Shown here: positions 31,521-41,169 of the stretch, one piece after another | Layout: each line of letters starts with the position of its first letter | How positions within the stretch are numbered: position 1 is the stretch's first letter | Notes under the pieces: model-generated | Told to the model about the DNA's origin: nothing | Database searches by the model: none | What the model saw: the letters and a program-made list of their open reading frames with translations, nothing else | Position numbers and translations under genes: made by a program | Assembly (NCBI GenBank): GCA_905188195.1 | Contig: CAJJKY010000008.1 | Location: 1,056-65,055 of the forward strand | Source: Streptococcus parasanguinis | GTDB taxonomy: Bacteria; Bacillota; Bacilli; Lactobacillales; Streptococcaceae | Direction: 5' to 3' | Length of the DNA stretch: 64,000 bases

Positions 31521-31739
31521 TCTAATAAACAGTAAATTTGATAATCTATTAGTAATTAAGGAGGAAATCATTATGTCTATGATATCTGAAAAATGGTTTG
31601 TATAAAAAAATTTATCAGACGGATTACTAATTTTGTAAGTTATATTGGCCACCTTCGGGTGGCATTTTTACTTCTGTGATACTTTTTTCAAGCTTTATCT
31701 GGTATTCTTGACTTAGTTTTTATAGAAAGAAGGTCTAAG

Positions 31740-32258
31740 ATGTTAAATAAAGTCAAAACTAAAGCCTTAATTAGTGTTAGAACAGTAGCTGCAACTAGCT
31801 TTATTCTCATGATGGGATATACTGCTGGTCAACATTCTACTGCTAAACAAAGTCGCAAAGAGATTGAATTGGCTGCAGCTAAACTTGTAGAGGATAAACA
31901 AGGAGAAGATAAAGCCAGCATTTTGTCATCAGATACTGTATTAGTACCCCAAATTCAAGAGAAAATTCGTCAGATAGCCTCTCCAATGGATGCTGCTTTG
32001 GAGGGACGCAATCGTCAAAATCCCTTGAGACCAGATTGGGAAGAGATCAAAGATGAGGTAATGCTTCAGGCACTTCGGATGAAATTTAGTCAAAATCCTG
32101 AAATCGCAAAAGAATTGCTGGCGACAGGAGATGCCATCATCATCGAACATACGCGAAACGACGCCTACTGGGCTGATGGGGGAGATGGCTCTGGGAAGAA
32201 CAAGCTAGGCTTTCTCTTAATGCAAGTACGGGAAGAGTTGAAAAACTCTTCTCTGTAA
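31740..32258 (+). pseudogene. chimeric ORF: N-terminus of a membrane-anchored, ICE-like protein fused to the C-terminal part of a NADAR/YbiA hydrolase
   Basis: TM and helical N-terminus to SSDTV; then WEEIKDEVMLQALRMKFSQN...LLATGD...EHTRNDAYWADGGDGSGKNKLG (NADAR); NADAR N-terminal motifs absent. Confidence 0.6.
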
Positions 32259-32321
32259 CCTCTCCTCTAGCTATTCCACCTATTTCATGCTAGAATAAAG
32301 AAAAACACATTTGGAGGCATT

Positions 32322-33359
32322 ATGAATCAGACAGTGACTTATTTGCAGGAATTGACAGCCATTCCTTCCCCGACCGGTTATACACGTGAGATCGCAGACT
32401 ACTTGGTCAAAACCATTGAAGACTTCGGGTACGAAGTAACTCGGACTGCTAAGGGTGGCGTGAATGTGACCGTACCTGGTGTGATCACAGACAAACAACG
32501 CTACGTCACAGCCCATGTGGATACCTTGGGGGCTATTGTCCGCGCTGTGAAAGCAGATGGTCGACTCAAGCTGGACCGTATCGGTGGTTTCCCTTGGAAT
32601 ATGATTGAAGGGGAAAACTGTACAGTCCATGTAGCCAATACAGGAAAGACCCATTCGGGGACGATTTTGGTTCATCAGACTTCTTGCCATGTCTACAAGG
32701 ATGCGGGAACTGTCGAGCGGACCCAGGACAATATGGAAGTCCGTCTGGATGAAAAAGTGACCAATGAGAAAGAAACCCGTGCCCTTGGCATTGAAGTGGG
32801 TGATTTTGTCAGCTTTGATCCTCGGACCATTGTGACAGATACCGGTTTTATCAAATCTCGTCACTTAGATGACAAGGTGAGTGCGGCGATTCTGTTGAAT
32901 CTTCTGCGCATCTACAAGGAAGAAAAGATCCAATTACCAGTAACAACCACCTTCGCCTTTTCAGTCTTTGAAGAAGTGGGGCATGGGGCTAATTCTAGTA
33001 TCCCGTCTGAAGTGGTAGAGTACTTGGCAGTGGATATGGGAGCGATGGGAGATGACCAAGCGACAGATGAATACACGGTATCCATCTGTGTCAAAGACGC
33101 TTCTGGACCCTATCACTACGAATTCCGTCAGCATTTAGTCGCCTTGGCAAAAGCCCAAGAAATCCCTTATAAGTTGGATATCTATCCTTTCTATGGCTCA
33201 GATGCCTCTGCAGCCATGAGTGCAGGAGCAGAAGTCAAACACGCTCTTCTCGGGGCAGGGATCGAATCTAGCCACTCATATGAGCGGACTCACTTGGATT
33301 CTGTAGTCGCAACAGAGCGCATGGTCGATGCCTACCTCAAGAGCGACTTAGTAGAATAA
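32322..33359 (+). CDS. M42 family metallopeptidase
   Basis: TAHVDTLG, RHLDDK, FEEVG, HSYER. Confidence 0.9.
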   Translation: MNQTVTYLQELTAIPSPTGYTREIADYLVKTIEDFGYEVTRTAKGGVNVTVPGVITDKQRYVTAHVDTLGAIVRAVKADGRLKLDRIGGFPWNMIEGENCTVHVANTGKTHSGTILVHQTSCHVYKDAGTVERTQDNMEVRLDEKVTNEKETRALGIEVGDFVSFDPRTIVTDTGFIKSRHLDDKVSAAILLNLLRIYKEEKIQLPVTTTFAFSVFEEVGHGANSSIPSEVVEYLAVDMGAMGDDQATDEYTVSICVKDASGPYHYEFRQHLVALAKAQEIPYKLDIYPFYGSDASAAMSAGAEVKHALLGAGIESSHSYERTHLDSVVATERMVDAYLKSDLVE

Positions 33360-33476
33360 AAATTGGAACTACTTTTGTGAGCTAGTTTGAGAAAGAAAAT
33401 AATGTTTTTTCTTAGAAAATAACATAAGAAGTCTTTTTATAAAATATCCAGTCCTTATAGTTTTTCAAATCAAAAC

Positions 33477-33640
33477 TGAGACTTTCCGCCGTGAGAAAAG
33501 TGCTTGAAATAGAATCATTTCAAGCACTCGGGAGTTTTGAAACTTTAGGTTCAAAACTAAGTCATGGAACTTCCTGGATTGCTGAAATCATCCACTGGAT
33601 AATTTCACCTAACGTCCGTACTCACCTAAGGAAAGTCTCA
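33477..33640. repeat. MITE-like element with 11-bp terminal inverted repeats
   Basis: TGAGACTTTCC ... GGAAAGTCTCA; internal hairpins AGTGCTTGAAAT/ATTTCAAGCACT and AGTTTTGAA/TTCAAAACT. Confidence 0.6.
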
Positions 33641-33780
33641 AATAAGTCTTAAACTTAAATTAATAACTACTCTTCGGAGTAGTTTTTTCATAAACTAAAA
33701 TTTTCTGAAAATTCCTTTTCTTCTGAAAATCATTGTGGTATAATCTTAAAATAAACTTAAAATTTCTTAAGGAGTTTTAC

Positions 33781-35766
33781 ATGAAAAAAAGAAATGTCAT
33801 TGCACTTGCGGGAGTTGCCCTCCTTTCAGCAGGTATCCTAGCCGCTTGTTCGGGTGGTTCTAAATCATCTAGCTCAAGCAACGGTCAAAAATTCTCATAT
33901 GTCTATGAGACTGAGCCAGAAAACCTAAACTATATCACATCTGGTAAAGCAGCAACCCACGATATCACAGGAAACTTGATTGATGGTTTGTTTGAAAATG
34001 ACAAATACGGTAACTTGATTCCATCTCTTGCAAAAGACTGGACAGTTTCGCAAGATGGCTTGACTTATACTTATAAACTTCGTGATGATGCTAAATGGTA
34101 TGATTCAGAAGGCGAAGAGTATGCGGATGTAACAGCTAAAGATTTCATCACAGGGATCAAATATGCGGCTGATAACAAATCAGAAATGCTCTACATCATC
34201 CAAGATTCTATCAAAGGCTTGAATGACTACGTCAGCGGTAAAAATAAAGATTTCTCAGCTGTAGGAGTAAAAGCAGTTGATGATCATACCCTTCAAATCA
34301 CTTTGAACCAACCAGAATCTTACTGGAACTCTAAATTGACTCTTGGGATCACTTTCCCTGTTAACGAAAAATTCGTGAAATCAAAAGGGGATAAATTCGC
34401 CCAAGCAAGTGACACCAGCTCTCTTCTTTACAATGGTCCATACATCTTGAAGAGCTTTACTTCTAAATCTTCTATCGAAATGACCAAGAATGAAAACTAC
34501 TGGGATAAAGACAAGGTCTACATCTCAGATGTGAAATTGGAATTCTACGATGGACAAGACCAAAGTAAATTGGCCAAATCATTCGGAGAAAATGCTCTTA
34601 GCTTGGCCAAACTCTTCCCAACTGGATCTGGTTACTCAGAGCAAGCCAAAGAATTCAAAGACGAAATCACCTACACTCCTCAAGATGCTGCTTCTTATGT
34701 TATTGGTACCAACATCGATCGTCAATCTTACAAACACACTGCTAAGAAGACCGATGAAGAAAAACAATCTACTAAGAAAGCTCTCTTGAACAAGGATTTC
34801 CGTCAAGCGATCAGCTTTGCCTTCAACCGTGAAGCGTATGCTGCTCAATTGAACGGAAAAGACGGAGCAAGCAAGATCATCCGTAACCTCTACATTCCAC
34901 CAACATTTGTCCAAGCTAATGGCAAGACCTTTGGTGAAATGGTGAAAACTCAATTGGATACCTACGGAGATGAGTGGAAATCTACTAAACTAGACGATGG
35001 TCAAAACGGTCTCTTCGATGCAAAGAAAGCGAAGGAAGAGTTTGCAAAAGCGAAGACTGCCTTGGAAGCAGAAGGTGTGAAATTCCCAATTCACATTGAT
35101 ATGCCTGTGGACCAAACGACTCCATCAAGAGTTCAACGGGTACAATCCTTCAAACAATCTGTTGAAGAAGCACTTGGTAAAGAAAATATCGTCATCGATA
35201 TCCAAATGCTTTCGAAAGAAGACCTTCAAAATGTGACCCTCTTTGCGCCAAATGCGGCTGGCGAAGACTGGGATCTCTCTGATAATGTTGGATGGAGCCC
35301 TGACTACCAAGACCCATCAACTTACATGGATATCTTGAAAGCTTCATCTGGTGAAAATACTAAGACTTTCCTTGGATTTGACCCAAGTGAAAACAATGAA
35401 GCAGCTAAAAAAGTTGGTCTGTACGACTTTGAAAAGATGATCAAAGATGCTGGTGCAGAAACACAAGACGTCAACAAACGCTATGAAAAATATGCGGCTG
35501 CGCAAGCTTGGTTGACTGATAGCGCCCTTGTTATGCCAACTTCTTCATCAACTGGACGTCCATTCTTGACACGTATCGAACCATTCTCAGCTCCATTTGC
35601 ATGGACTGGTGGTAAAGGAAAAGACCACGTGATCTACAAAGGAATGAAACTCCAAGACAAAGCTGTGACAAGTGCTGATTACAACAAAGCCCTTGAAAAA
35701 TGGCAAAAAGAACAAGCAGAGTCAAATAAAAAAGCACAAGAAGATCTTAAGAAACACGTTAAATAA
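33781..35766 (+). CDS. oligopeptide-binding lipoprotein, OppA/AmiA/Ali family
   Basis: Lipobox LAAC; SBP family 5 motifs (IDGLFENDKYGN, YNGPY). Confidence 0.92.
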   Translation: MKKRNVIALAGVALLSAGILAACSGGSKSSSSSNGQKFSYVYETEPENLNYITSGKAATHDITGNLIDGLFENDKYGNLIPSLAKDWTVSQDGLTYTYKLRDDAKWYDSEGEEYADVTAKDFITGIKYAADNKSEMLYIIQDSIKGLNDYVSGKNKDFSAVGVKAVDDHTLQITLNQPESYWNSKLTLGITFPVNEKFVKSKGDKFAQASDTSSLLYNGPYILKSFTSKSSIEMTKNENYWDKDKVYISDVKLEFYDGQDQSKLAKSFGENALSLAKLFPTGSGYSEQAKEFKDEITYTPQDAASYVIGTNIDRQSYKHTAKKTDEEKQSTKKALLNKDFRQAISFAFNREAYAAQLNGKDGASKIIRNLYIPPTFVQANGKTFGEMVKTQLDTYGDEWKSTKLDDGQNGLFDAKKAKEEFAKAKTALEAEGVKFPIHIDMPVDQTTPSRVQRVQSFKQSVEEALGKENIVIDIQMLSKEDLQNVTLFAPNAAGEDWDLSDNVGWSPDYQDPSTYMDILKASSGENTKTFLGFDPSENNEAAKKVGLYDFEKMIKDAGAETQDVNKRYEKYAAAQAWLTDSALVMPTSSSTGRPFLTRIEPFSAPFAWTGGKGKDHVIYKGMKLQDKAVTSADYNKALEKWQKEQAESNKKAQEDLKKHVK

Positions 35767-35828
35767 GGATCGATAACCGAGGCTGATGCCTCGGTTTTTT
35801 TGTGGATCAGATGAATATCTGTTTGATC

Positions 35829-35842
35829 TTAAAACGCTTACA
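35829..35842. promoter_or_regulatory. cre upstream of the first S15 peptidase
   Basis: TTAAAACGCTTACA just before TATAAT. Confidence 0.55.
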
Positions 35843-35885
35843 TAGTATAATGGGAGTGTTGATTACAAAAAGTTAGGAGACTGAC

Positions 35886-38800
35886 ATGAAAAAGAAAACA
35901 ATGGTTTCCATTGTCGCATCAAGTTTATTGATCGCACCGATGGTCTTGCATCAAGTAGCAGCAGCAGATGAGCAGACAGAAGAGTTAGCTCCATCGACAG
36001 AAGTGGTCCATGCTCCATCTACTGAAGCAACACCGACAGCACGTGACACAAGTACTAGCTCTAGTGAAGAAGGAGCGAGCTTGAGTGAGGCATCGCTGGA
36101 TCGGACGGCAGGTGCAAATCAAGTAGCCCCTGCTACAGAAGAACACACAAGACAAAGTGAGCCTACGGTCCCAGTAGCAAGTCCAGCAACAACCAACAGG
36201 GAAGCTGCACCTCAATCTGCTCCCAGTTCAGAAGCTCCGGCAACAAGTAATGATTTAGCAAAGGTTACAGGTAGCACCCTTGCAGCTGATCAGGCCCCTA
36301 AAGAGTTGACGGTCCAAGATGCTGTTAATGGCTTGCTTCAATGGGCAGCAACAGATCCTAGCCAATTGGGCCAAAGCCAAGCAGATCGCGAACGCTTTGC
36401 CAAGAGTTTAGGCTTGATTGAAAAATCAGAAGATTTGACTCGTAAGGTTAGTCAGCCAGAATTGGCCAAGATGTATGAAACAGCTAAGAAACTCTACGAT
36501 GCCTACCGGGCTGAAAAGAAAAGCCCGCTCTTTTTAAATGGTCGTGCCCAGCCGATTTTCCCTTATACGATGGGAGAAAAAGCAGACCAAGACTACAAAT
36601 ATGAAGACAGCCAAATTGTACGCTTCCCTGTCTATGTCGAAACGGACTACGACACCGACGCAGATGGCAAGCCTGACTTAGTCAAAGCCATTGTTCAACT
36701 ACCAAAAGCAGTAGCGCAAGGTGATTTTAAGGCAGCCACTATTCTGGAAGCGCGCCCTTACGTAGCGGGGACGCTTGATGAAAACTACGTGACCCTCGAA
36801 AGTTTGGGGCTTCCAACGGACGGTAGCTATGACATGAAGAAACTGCACAGCCAACCTGCAAAGAGACAGCCAGTAAGCAGTGAAACAACAGTAGAAGCAG
36901 CCAAAAAAGCCAAGGCATCGGATTGGTATTACTACAGTCCCTACGAGTATATCTATGACTACGAAGATCTGAACTGGTACGACTATTTCTTGGTCAGAGG
37001 CTATGCCTTTATCTCGAGTGCGGGACTTGGTACCAAGGGATCAGAAGGATTTAACACCACAGGTTCTGATCTCGAAATCAATGCCTTCAAGAATATCATC
37101 GAGTGGGTCAATGGCAAACGCAAGGCCTACACCGATAAGACTAGCAATGTTGAAATCAAGGCAGACTGGGCAACAGGCAATGTCGCTATGACCGGTCTCT
37201 CCTGGGCTGGAACCACGACCTTTGGTGTGGCAGCGACAGGCGTAGAAGGCCTAAAGACCATCGTTCCAGCAGCAGGGATTGCCTCTTGGTATGATTATTT
37301 CAATAGCCAAGGAACCCAGTTTGGCAATGCGCCTTATAGTGATCTTTCATGGCTATCCCTCTACGTTAGCACGCGGATGCTGGACCAAGACGACTGGGCA
37401 GGGATTTGGCAAAACTATTCCAACTACATCAACCAATTGAACAAGGACCAGTACGCCCATGATCGTAACTACAGTGATGTCTGGAAGGAGCGGGATTATA
37501 CCCTTCATCCGGAAAATCTCAAGACCAGCGCCCTGATCGTCCATGGCTTGAATGATGACAATGTCAAGACCAAACACTTTGAACTCATGTACGATGCCCT
37601 CAAGAAAGCAGGCCAAGATGTCAAGCTCTATCTCCACCAAGGAGATCACGTCTATCCAGCGGCTATGTCACGGGGATACGGCATCACCGCCAATGGTCAG
37701 GACTTTTATGACCTGCTCAATACCTGGCTGACCCATTACCTCTACGGAGTGGACAATCACGTCGAAAGCTTGCCAGCGGTCCTAGCTCAAAACAACTATG
37801 ATCCAAGTAAGTGGACCAGCTATGATAACTGGAAGAGCAGTCAACGTCTCTTCTTGAATGCAAGCTCGAAACGTCTAGAAGAAACCATTTCTAGTGATTA
37901 TGCGGCTGCAGGTGTTGAGATCGCTAACCGTAATGAAACTGTCAGCAAAGCCTCCTCTAAGGCCAATCTGACCTTCGTTTCTGATGTTACTGAGGACACT
38001 ACGATCAAGGGCCACATCCCTGTTCATTTCAAGGCAGCTCTTGCCAAGGGTCAAGGAAAGAATTTCCAAATCAACGCCCTCTTGGTAGATGTGGCAGATG
38101 AGGACTTTGACGTGGTAGGAAATGGTAGCGTCAAGCAAGATAAAACGGCAGACGCTTTCTGGATGGGAAGCAATTTAAGCAACCTATCTGTTGCCGAATA
38201 CGAAACCATCAAGACCAAGTACAAGGTGATTGCGAAAGGCTGGATCAACCTTGCGAACCCTGAGTCTGGCTACGATTCAGCAAGCTCACGAGCTAGCATC
38301 GAGCCAAAAGTGGGAGAATACCACGATTATACGGTCTATCTCCAACCAAATCTCTATACGGTTAAGAAAGGTCACAAGTTAGCACTTGTTTTCAACACCT
38401 ATGACCCATCTGATTTAACGGTGGAGCATCCATATGAAGTGACCTTTAAGACAGATTCTATCCAGGCGGCGATTCCAATTGTTGAAAAGACCCGCGCCCA
38501 AAAGGCAGCTTATGTACCAAGTGCAACAGATACAGACTATGCGAATTTACCAGAAGTTGAAGGTGCTGCTCTAGTCGCTCCAGAAGTGCACTACAAGGAA
38601 GAATATAGGCTTCCAAGCCCAGAATCCTTTGTCCAACCAAGCCAAACTCTTCCTGAAAAAGCAGAGCAGATGCAAATAGGATCAGCAAGACAAGAGCACT
38701 CTCTTCATACACTAGCTGTATCTTATGGACCTCAATTTGTTTCACAAGGATTGGCAGAAGATCCTCAAGCTGCAACTCTTGTAGTGGGAGGAGAGAAAGC

Positions 38801-38915
38801 AGATCATACGCTTCCTCAAACAGGGAGCAAAGACCATTCTCTGGGTCTCTTAGGGGTGATTAGCCTAACAGCTTCTAGCCTCATCTTTTGGCGCAAAAAG
38901 AGAGAAGATGCCTAA
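35886..38915 (+). CDS. LPXTG-anchored S15/CocE-NonD (Xaa-Pro dipeptidyl-peptidase-like) hydrolase
   Basis: Signal peptide; VYVETDYDTDADGKPD, GLSWAG nucleophile motif, HGLNDDNV, HQGDH; LPQTG. Confidence 0.85.
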   Translation: MKKKTMVSIVASSLLIAPMVLHQVAAADEQTEELAPSTEVVHAPSTEATPTARDTSTSSSEEGASLSEASLDRTAGANQVAPATEEHTRQSEPTVPVASPATTNREAAPQSAPSSEAPATSNDLAKVTGSTLAADQAPKELTVQDAVNGLLQWAATDPSQLGQSQADRERFAKSLGLIEKSEDLTRKVSQPELAKMYETAKKLYDAYRAEKKSPLFLNGRAQPIFPYTMGEKADQDYKYEDSQIVRFPVYVETDYDTDADGKPDLVKAIVQLPKAVAQGDFKAATILEARPYVAGTLDENYVTLESLGLPTDGSYDMKKLHSQPAKRQPVSSETTVEAAKKAKASDWYYYSPYEYIYDYEDLNWYDYFLVRGYAFISSAGLGTKGSEGFNTTGSDLEINAFKNIIEWVNGKRKAYTDKTSNVEIKADWATGNVAMTGLSWAGTTTFGVAATGVEGLKTIVPAAGIASWYDYFNSQGTQFGNAPYSDLSWLSLYVSTRMLDQDDWAGIWQNYSNYINQLNKDQYAHDRNYSDVWKERDYTLHPENLKTSALIVHGLNDDNVKTKHFELMYDALKKAGQDVKLYLHQGDHVYPAAMSRGYGITANGQDFYDLLNTWLTHYLYGVDNHVESLPAVLAQNNYDPSKWTSYDNWKSSQRLFLNASSKRLEETISSDYAAAGVEIANRNETVSKASSKANLTFVSDVTEDTTIKGHIPVHFKAALAKGQGKNFQINALLVDVADEDFDVVGNGSVKQDKTADAFWMGSNLSNLSVAEYETIKTKYKVIAKGWINLANPESGYDSASSRASIEPKVGEYHDYTVYLQPNLYTVKKGHKLALVFNTYDPSDLTVEHPYEVTFKTDSIQAAIPIVEKTRAQKAAYVPSATDTDYANLPEVEGAALVAPEVHYKEEYRLPSPESFVQPSQTLPEKAEQMQIGSARQEHSLHTLAVSYGPQFVSQGLAEDPQAATLVVGGEKADHTLPQTGSKDHSLGLLGVISLTASSLIFWRKKREDA

Positions 38916-39012
38916 GGACTCCCCGTAGCAAATATTTCTAAAATGGCATCTTTTAGTGTAAAATAAAAGTAGAAATGCAGAATCAGTAGTCACTACTGAA
39001 AAAGGAGGAAAT

Positions 39013-39327
39013 ATGGCACACATAATCACAGATGCAACTTTTGAACAAGAAACCAGCCAAGGCCTTGTCTTGATTGACTTTTGGGCAACTTGGTGCGGTC
39101 CATGCCGCATGCAAGCTCCAATCTTGGATCAGTTGGCAGAAGAAGTACATGAAGATGATTTGAAAATCTGTAAGATGGATGTCGATGAAAATCCAAATAC
39201 AGCGCGTCAATTCGGTATCATGTCGATTCCAACTCTTCTCTTTAAAAAAGATGGACAAGTTGTCAAACAAGTGGCTGGAGTTCATACGAAAGCCCAATTG
39301 AAAGAAATCATTGCAGAATTGAGCTAA
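39013..39327 (+). CDS. trxA: thioredoxin
   Basis: WCGPC. Confidence 0.95.
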   Translation: MAHIITDATFEQETSQGLVLIDFWATWCGPCRMQAPILDQLAEEVHEDDLKICKMDVDENPNTARQFGIMSIPTLLFKKDGQVVKQVAGVHTKAQLKEIIAELS

Positions 39328-39403
39328 AAAGAAGACTCGTTTTCCAAACTGGAAAACGAGTTTTTTGATGCTCTTTATTTCTTTCAAATAGACGCGATAC
39401 CCA

Positions 39404-39432
39404 TTGACAGCGCTTTCTTATAGTGCTAAAAT
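39404..39432 (+). promoter_or_regulatory. consensus sigma-A promoter overlapped by a cre-like site, with no downstream sense gene
   Basis: TTGACA-17 nt-TAAAAT with TG extension; TGACAGCGCTTTCT at 39405-39418. Confidence 0.55.
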
Positions 39433-39515
39433 GAAGCTGTATTTCCTATAAAATTTTTACAGGAAAAAATTCTCCTAGGAAGATGTAGATCCTAGGAGAA
39501 AATTACGTATAAAGG

Positions 39516-40979
39516 TTATTGGCCCTCTGTATCTTGGGCTACCCAGACACTGACGGAGCGTTCTGCCACTGGGAATTCAGCAGTACCGTCTTCTTGGACT
39601 TGGACGGTTTCGCTACAATTTTCTAGTACATCATAGTAGGTGAGGCCTGCGTAGGATGAGCCGATCTCCATGACTTTTGTAGTAGCTTGGTTATTGGAAA
39701 TCAAGCAGGCGATGGGTGCTGATTCTTCTGAACCTGAACGTGTCCAACCGATGCAATTAGGATCATCGAAGTAGTCCGTTTGTTCCCCATAGGCCAGATC
39801 TTTACGAACCCATAAGAGACGATCGAGGACCTCTTGGAAACTTTCTTGCGCAAATTGGCCCTCGATACCGTAGTAGTCTCCATAGAAGACACAAGGCAAA
39901 CCAGCTTCACGAAGTAAGATCAAGGCATAGGCTGCAGGCTTAAACCATTCTTGGATGGTAGATTCCAAGGCTTGCCCTCGTTGGGTATCATGGTTGTCCA
40001 CAAAGGTTACGGCCTGTTCAGGATGATTGAGTGCTAGTGTTCCGTCAAAAATAGTTCGAAGGTCGAAATTTTCACCCTCTTGACTAGCTCTAAAGAGGTT
40101 TTGGTGGAGGGCTACGTCGACCAGGTCATACAGGTAATCAATGCTTTCCAAGTACTCATCGTTAGTTTCTGTGTCGCCATTCCAAAATTCAGCAAAGACG
40201 TAGAAATCTTCACCATACTTTTGGGTAATATTGTGGATGAAATTCTTCATAAAGAAGGAGTCGATGTGTTTGACCGCATCCAGACGGAAACCTTCTACAC
40301 CAGTCGTTTCGATAAACCAGTCAGCCCACTGATCAAGATTCTCTACAACCTCGGGATGTTTGAAATCGATATCGGCATACATGAGGTAATCGTAGTTTCC
40401 ATTCTCATTGTCTACCAGATCTCCATGAGCCCAACCTTTGTTGTCCCCTTGGATTTGGTAGATCCCATTCTTATTACGTGAAGCATCGTAGTCCGTACCG
40501 GTGAAGTGGTACCAATGCCAGTGGAAGTCATTATAGGCGCCATTTCGGCCATCAAAGGTGAATTTAGTCCATCCTTGAATGGTGAAGGGCTCAGTGAGAA
40601 CCTTGTTTCGATCCATAGGATCGACCTCAACGACCTCGAATTCCTCTAAGCCATCAGCGGCAGCTTTATGGTTGAGTACGACATCGGCCATTGGTTGAAT
40701 CCCAGCATCTTTGAGGGCTTGAATGGCTTGAAGATAATCGTCTTTGAAACCATATTTGGTACGAACCGTTCCTTTTTGATCGAACTCGCCCAAATCAAAG
40801 AGGTCATAGACTCCGTACCCAACGTCATTGTTAGAAGTAGCTTTAAAAGCAGGCGGCATCCAGACTTTACGAATACCCAAGTCTGCTAAGTGTTGCGCAT
40901 CTTCAGCAAGACGCGTCCAGTGGTTCCCATCAGCGGGCAAATACCACTCAAAATATTGCATTAAGGTTTGATTTTCCAT
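39516..40979 (-). CDS. cytoplasmic alpha-amylase, GH13
   Basis: MQYFEW, DVGYGVYDL, GFRLDAVKH, FVDNHD; no signal peptide. Confidence 0.92.
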   Translation of the reverse strand: MENQTLMQYFEWYLPADGNHWTRLAEDAQHLADLGIRKVWMPPAFKATSNNDVGYGVYDLFDLGEFDQKGTVRTKYGFKDDYLQAIQALKDAGIQPMADVVLNHKAAADGLEEFEVVEVDPMDRNKVLTEPFTIQGWTKFTFDGRNGAYNDFHWHWYHFTGTDYDASRNKNGIYQIQGDNKGWAHGDLVDNENGNYDYLMYADIDFKHPEVVENLDQWADWFIETTGVEGFRLDAVKHIDSFFMKNFIHNITQKYGEDFYVFAEFWNGDTETNDEYLESIDYLYDLVDVALHQNLFRASQEGENFDLRTIFDGTLALNHPEQAVTFVDNHDTQRGQALESTIQEWFKPAAYALILLREAGLPCVFYGDYYGIEGQFAQESFQEVLDRLLWVRKDLAYGEQTDYFDDPNCIGWTRSGSEESAPIACLISNNQATTKVMEIGSSYAGLTYYDVLENCSETVQVQEDGTAEFPVAERSVSVWVAQDTEGQ

Positions 40980-41169
40980 CGTTATTTCTTCTTTCATGTG
41001 AATGTCCCTATTTTACCAAAAATAGTTGGATGCGACAAACGTTTGCGCTGGAAGCAAGCCCTTTCTAAAAAAGAAATCGCATACATGAAAGAAATGAAGT
41101 GAGAATATAACATAATGGAGTCAGGCTCCGCTAGGACTGACTTTGAAAATGGTGAAAGGAGACCATTTT

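Larger units (their letters stand above)
19150..31940. mobile_element. AT-rich accessory island, probably a decayed ICE or other integrated element (boundaries approximate)
   Basis: Visibly AT-richer than the flanks; toxin and bacteriocin cargo; many pseudogenes; chimeric ORF at the right end; no integrase seen. Confidence 0.5.

Noticed and set aside
19150..31940. Intact ICE, prophage or T7SS apparatus
   Set aside because: No integrase, relaxase, VirB4, phage structural or ess/esx machinery genes are visible
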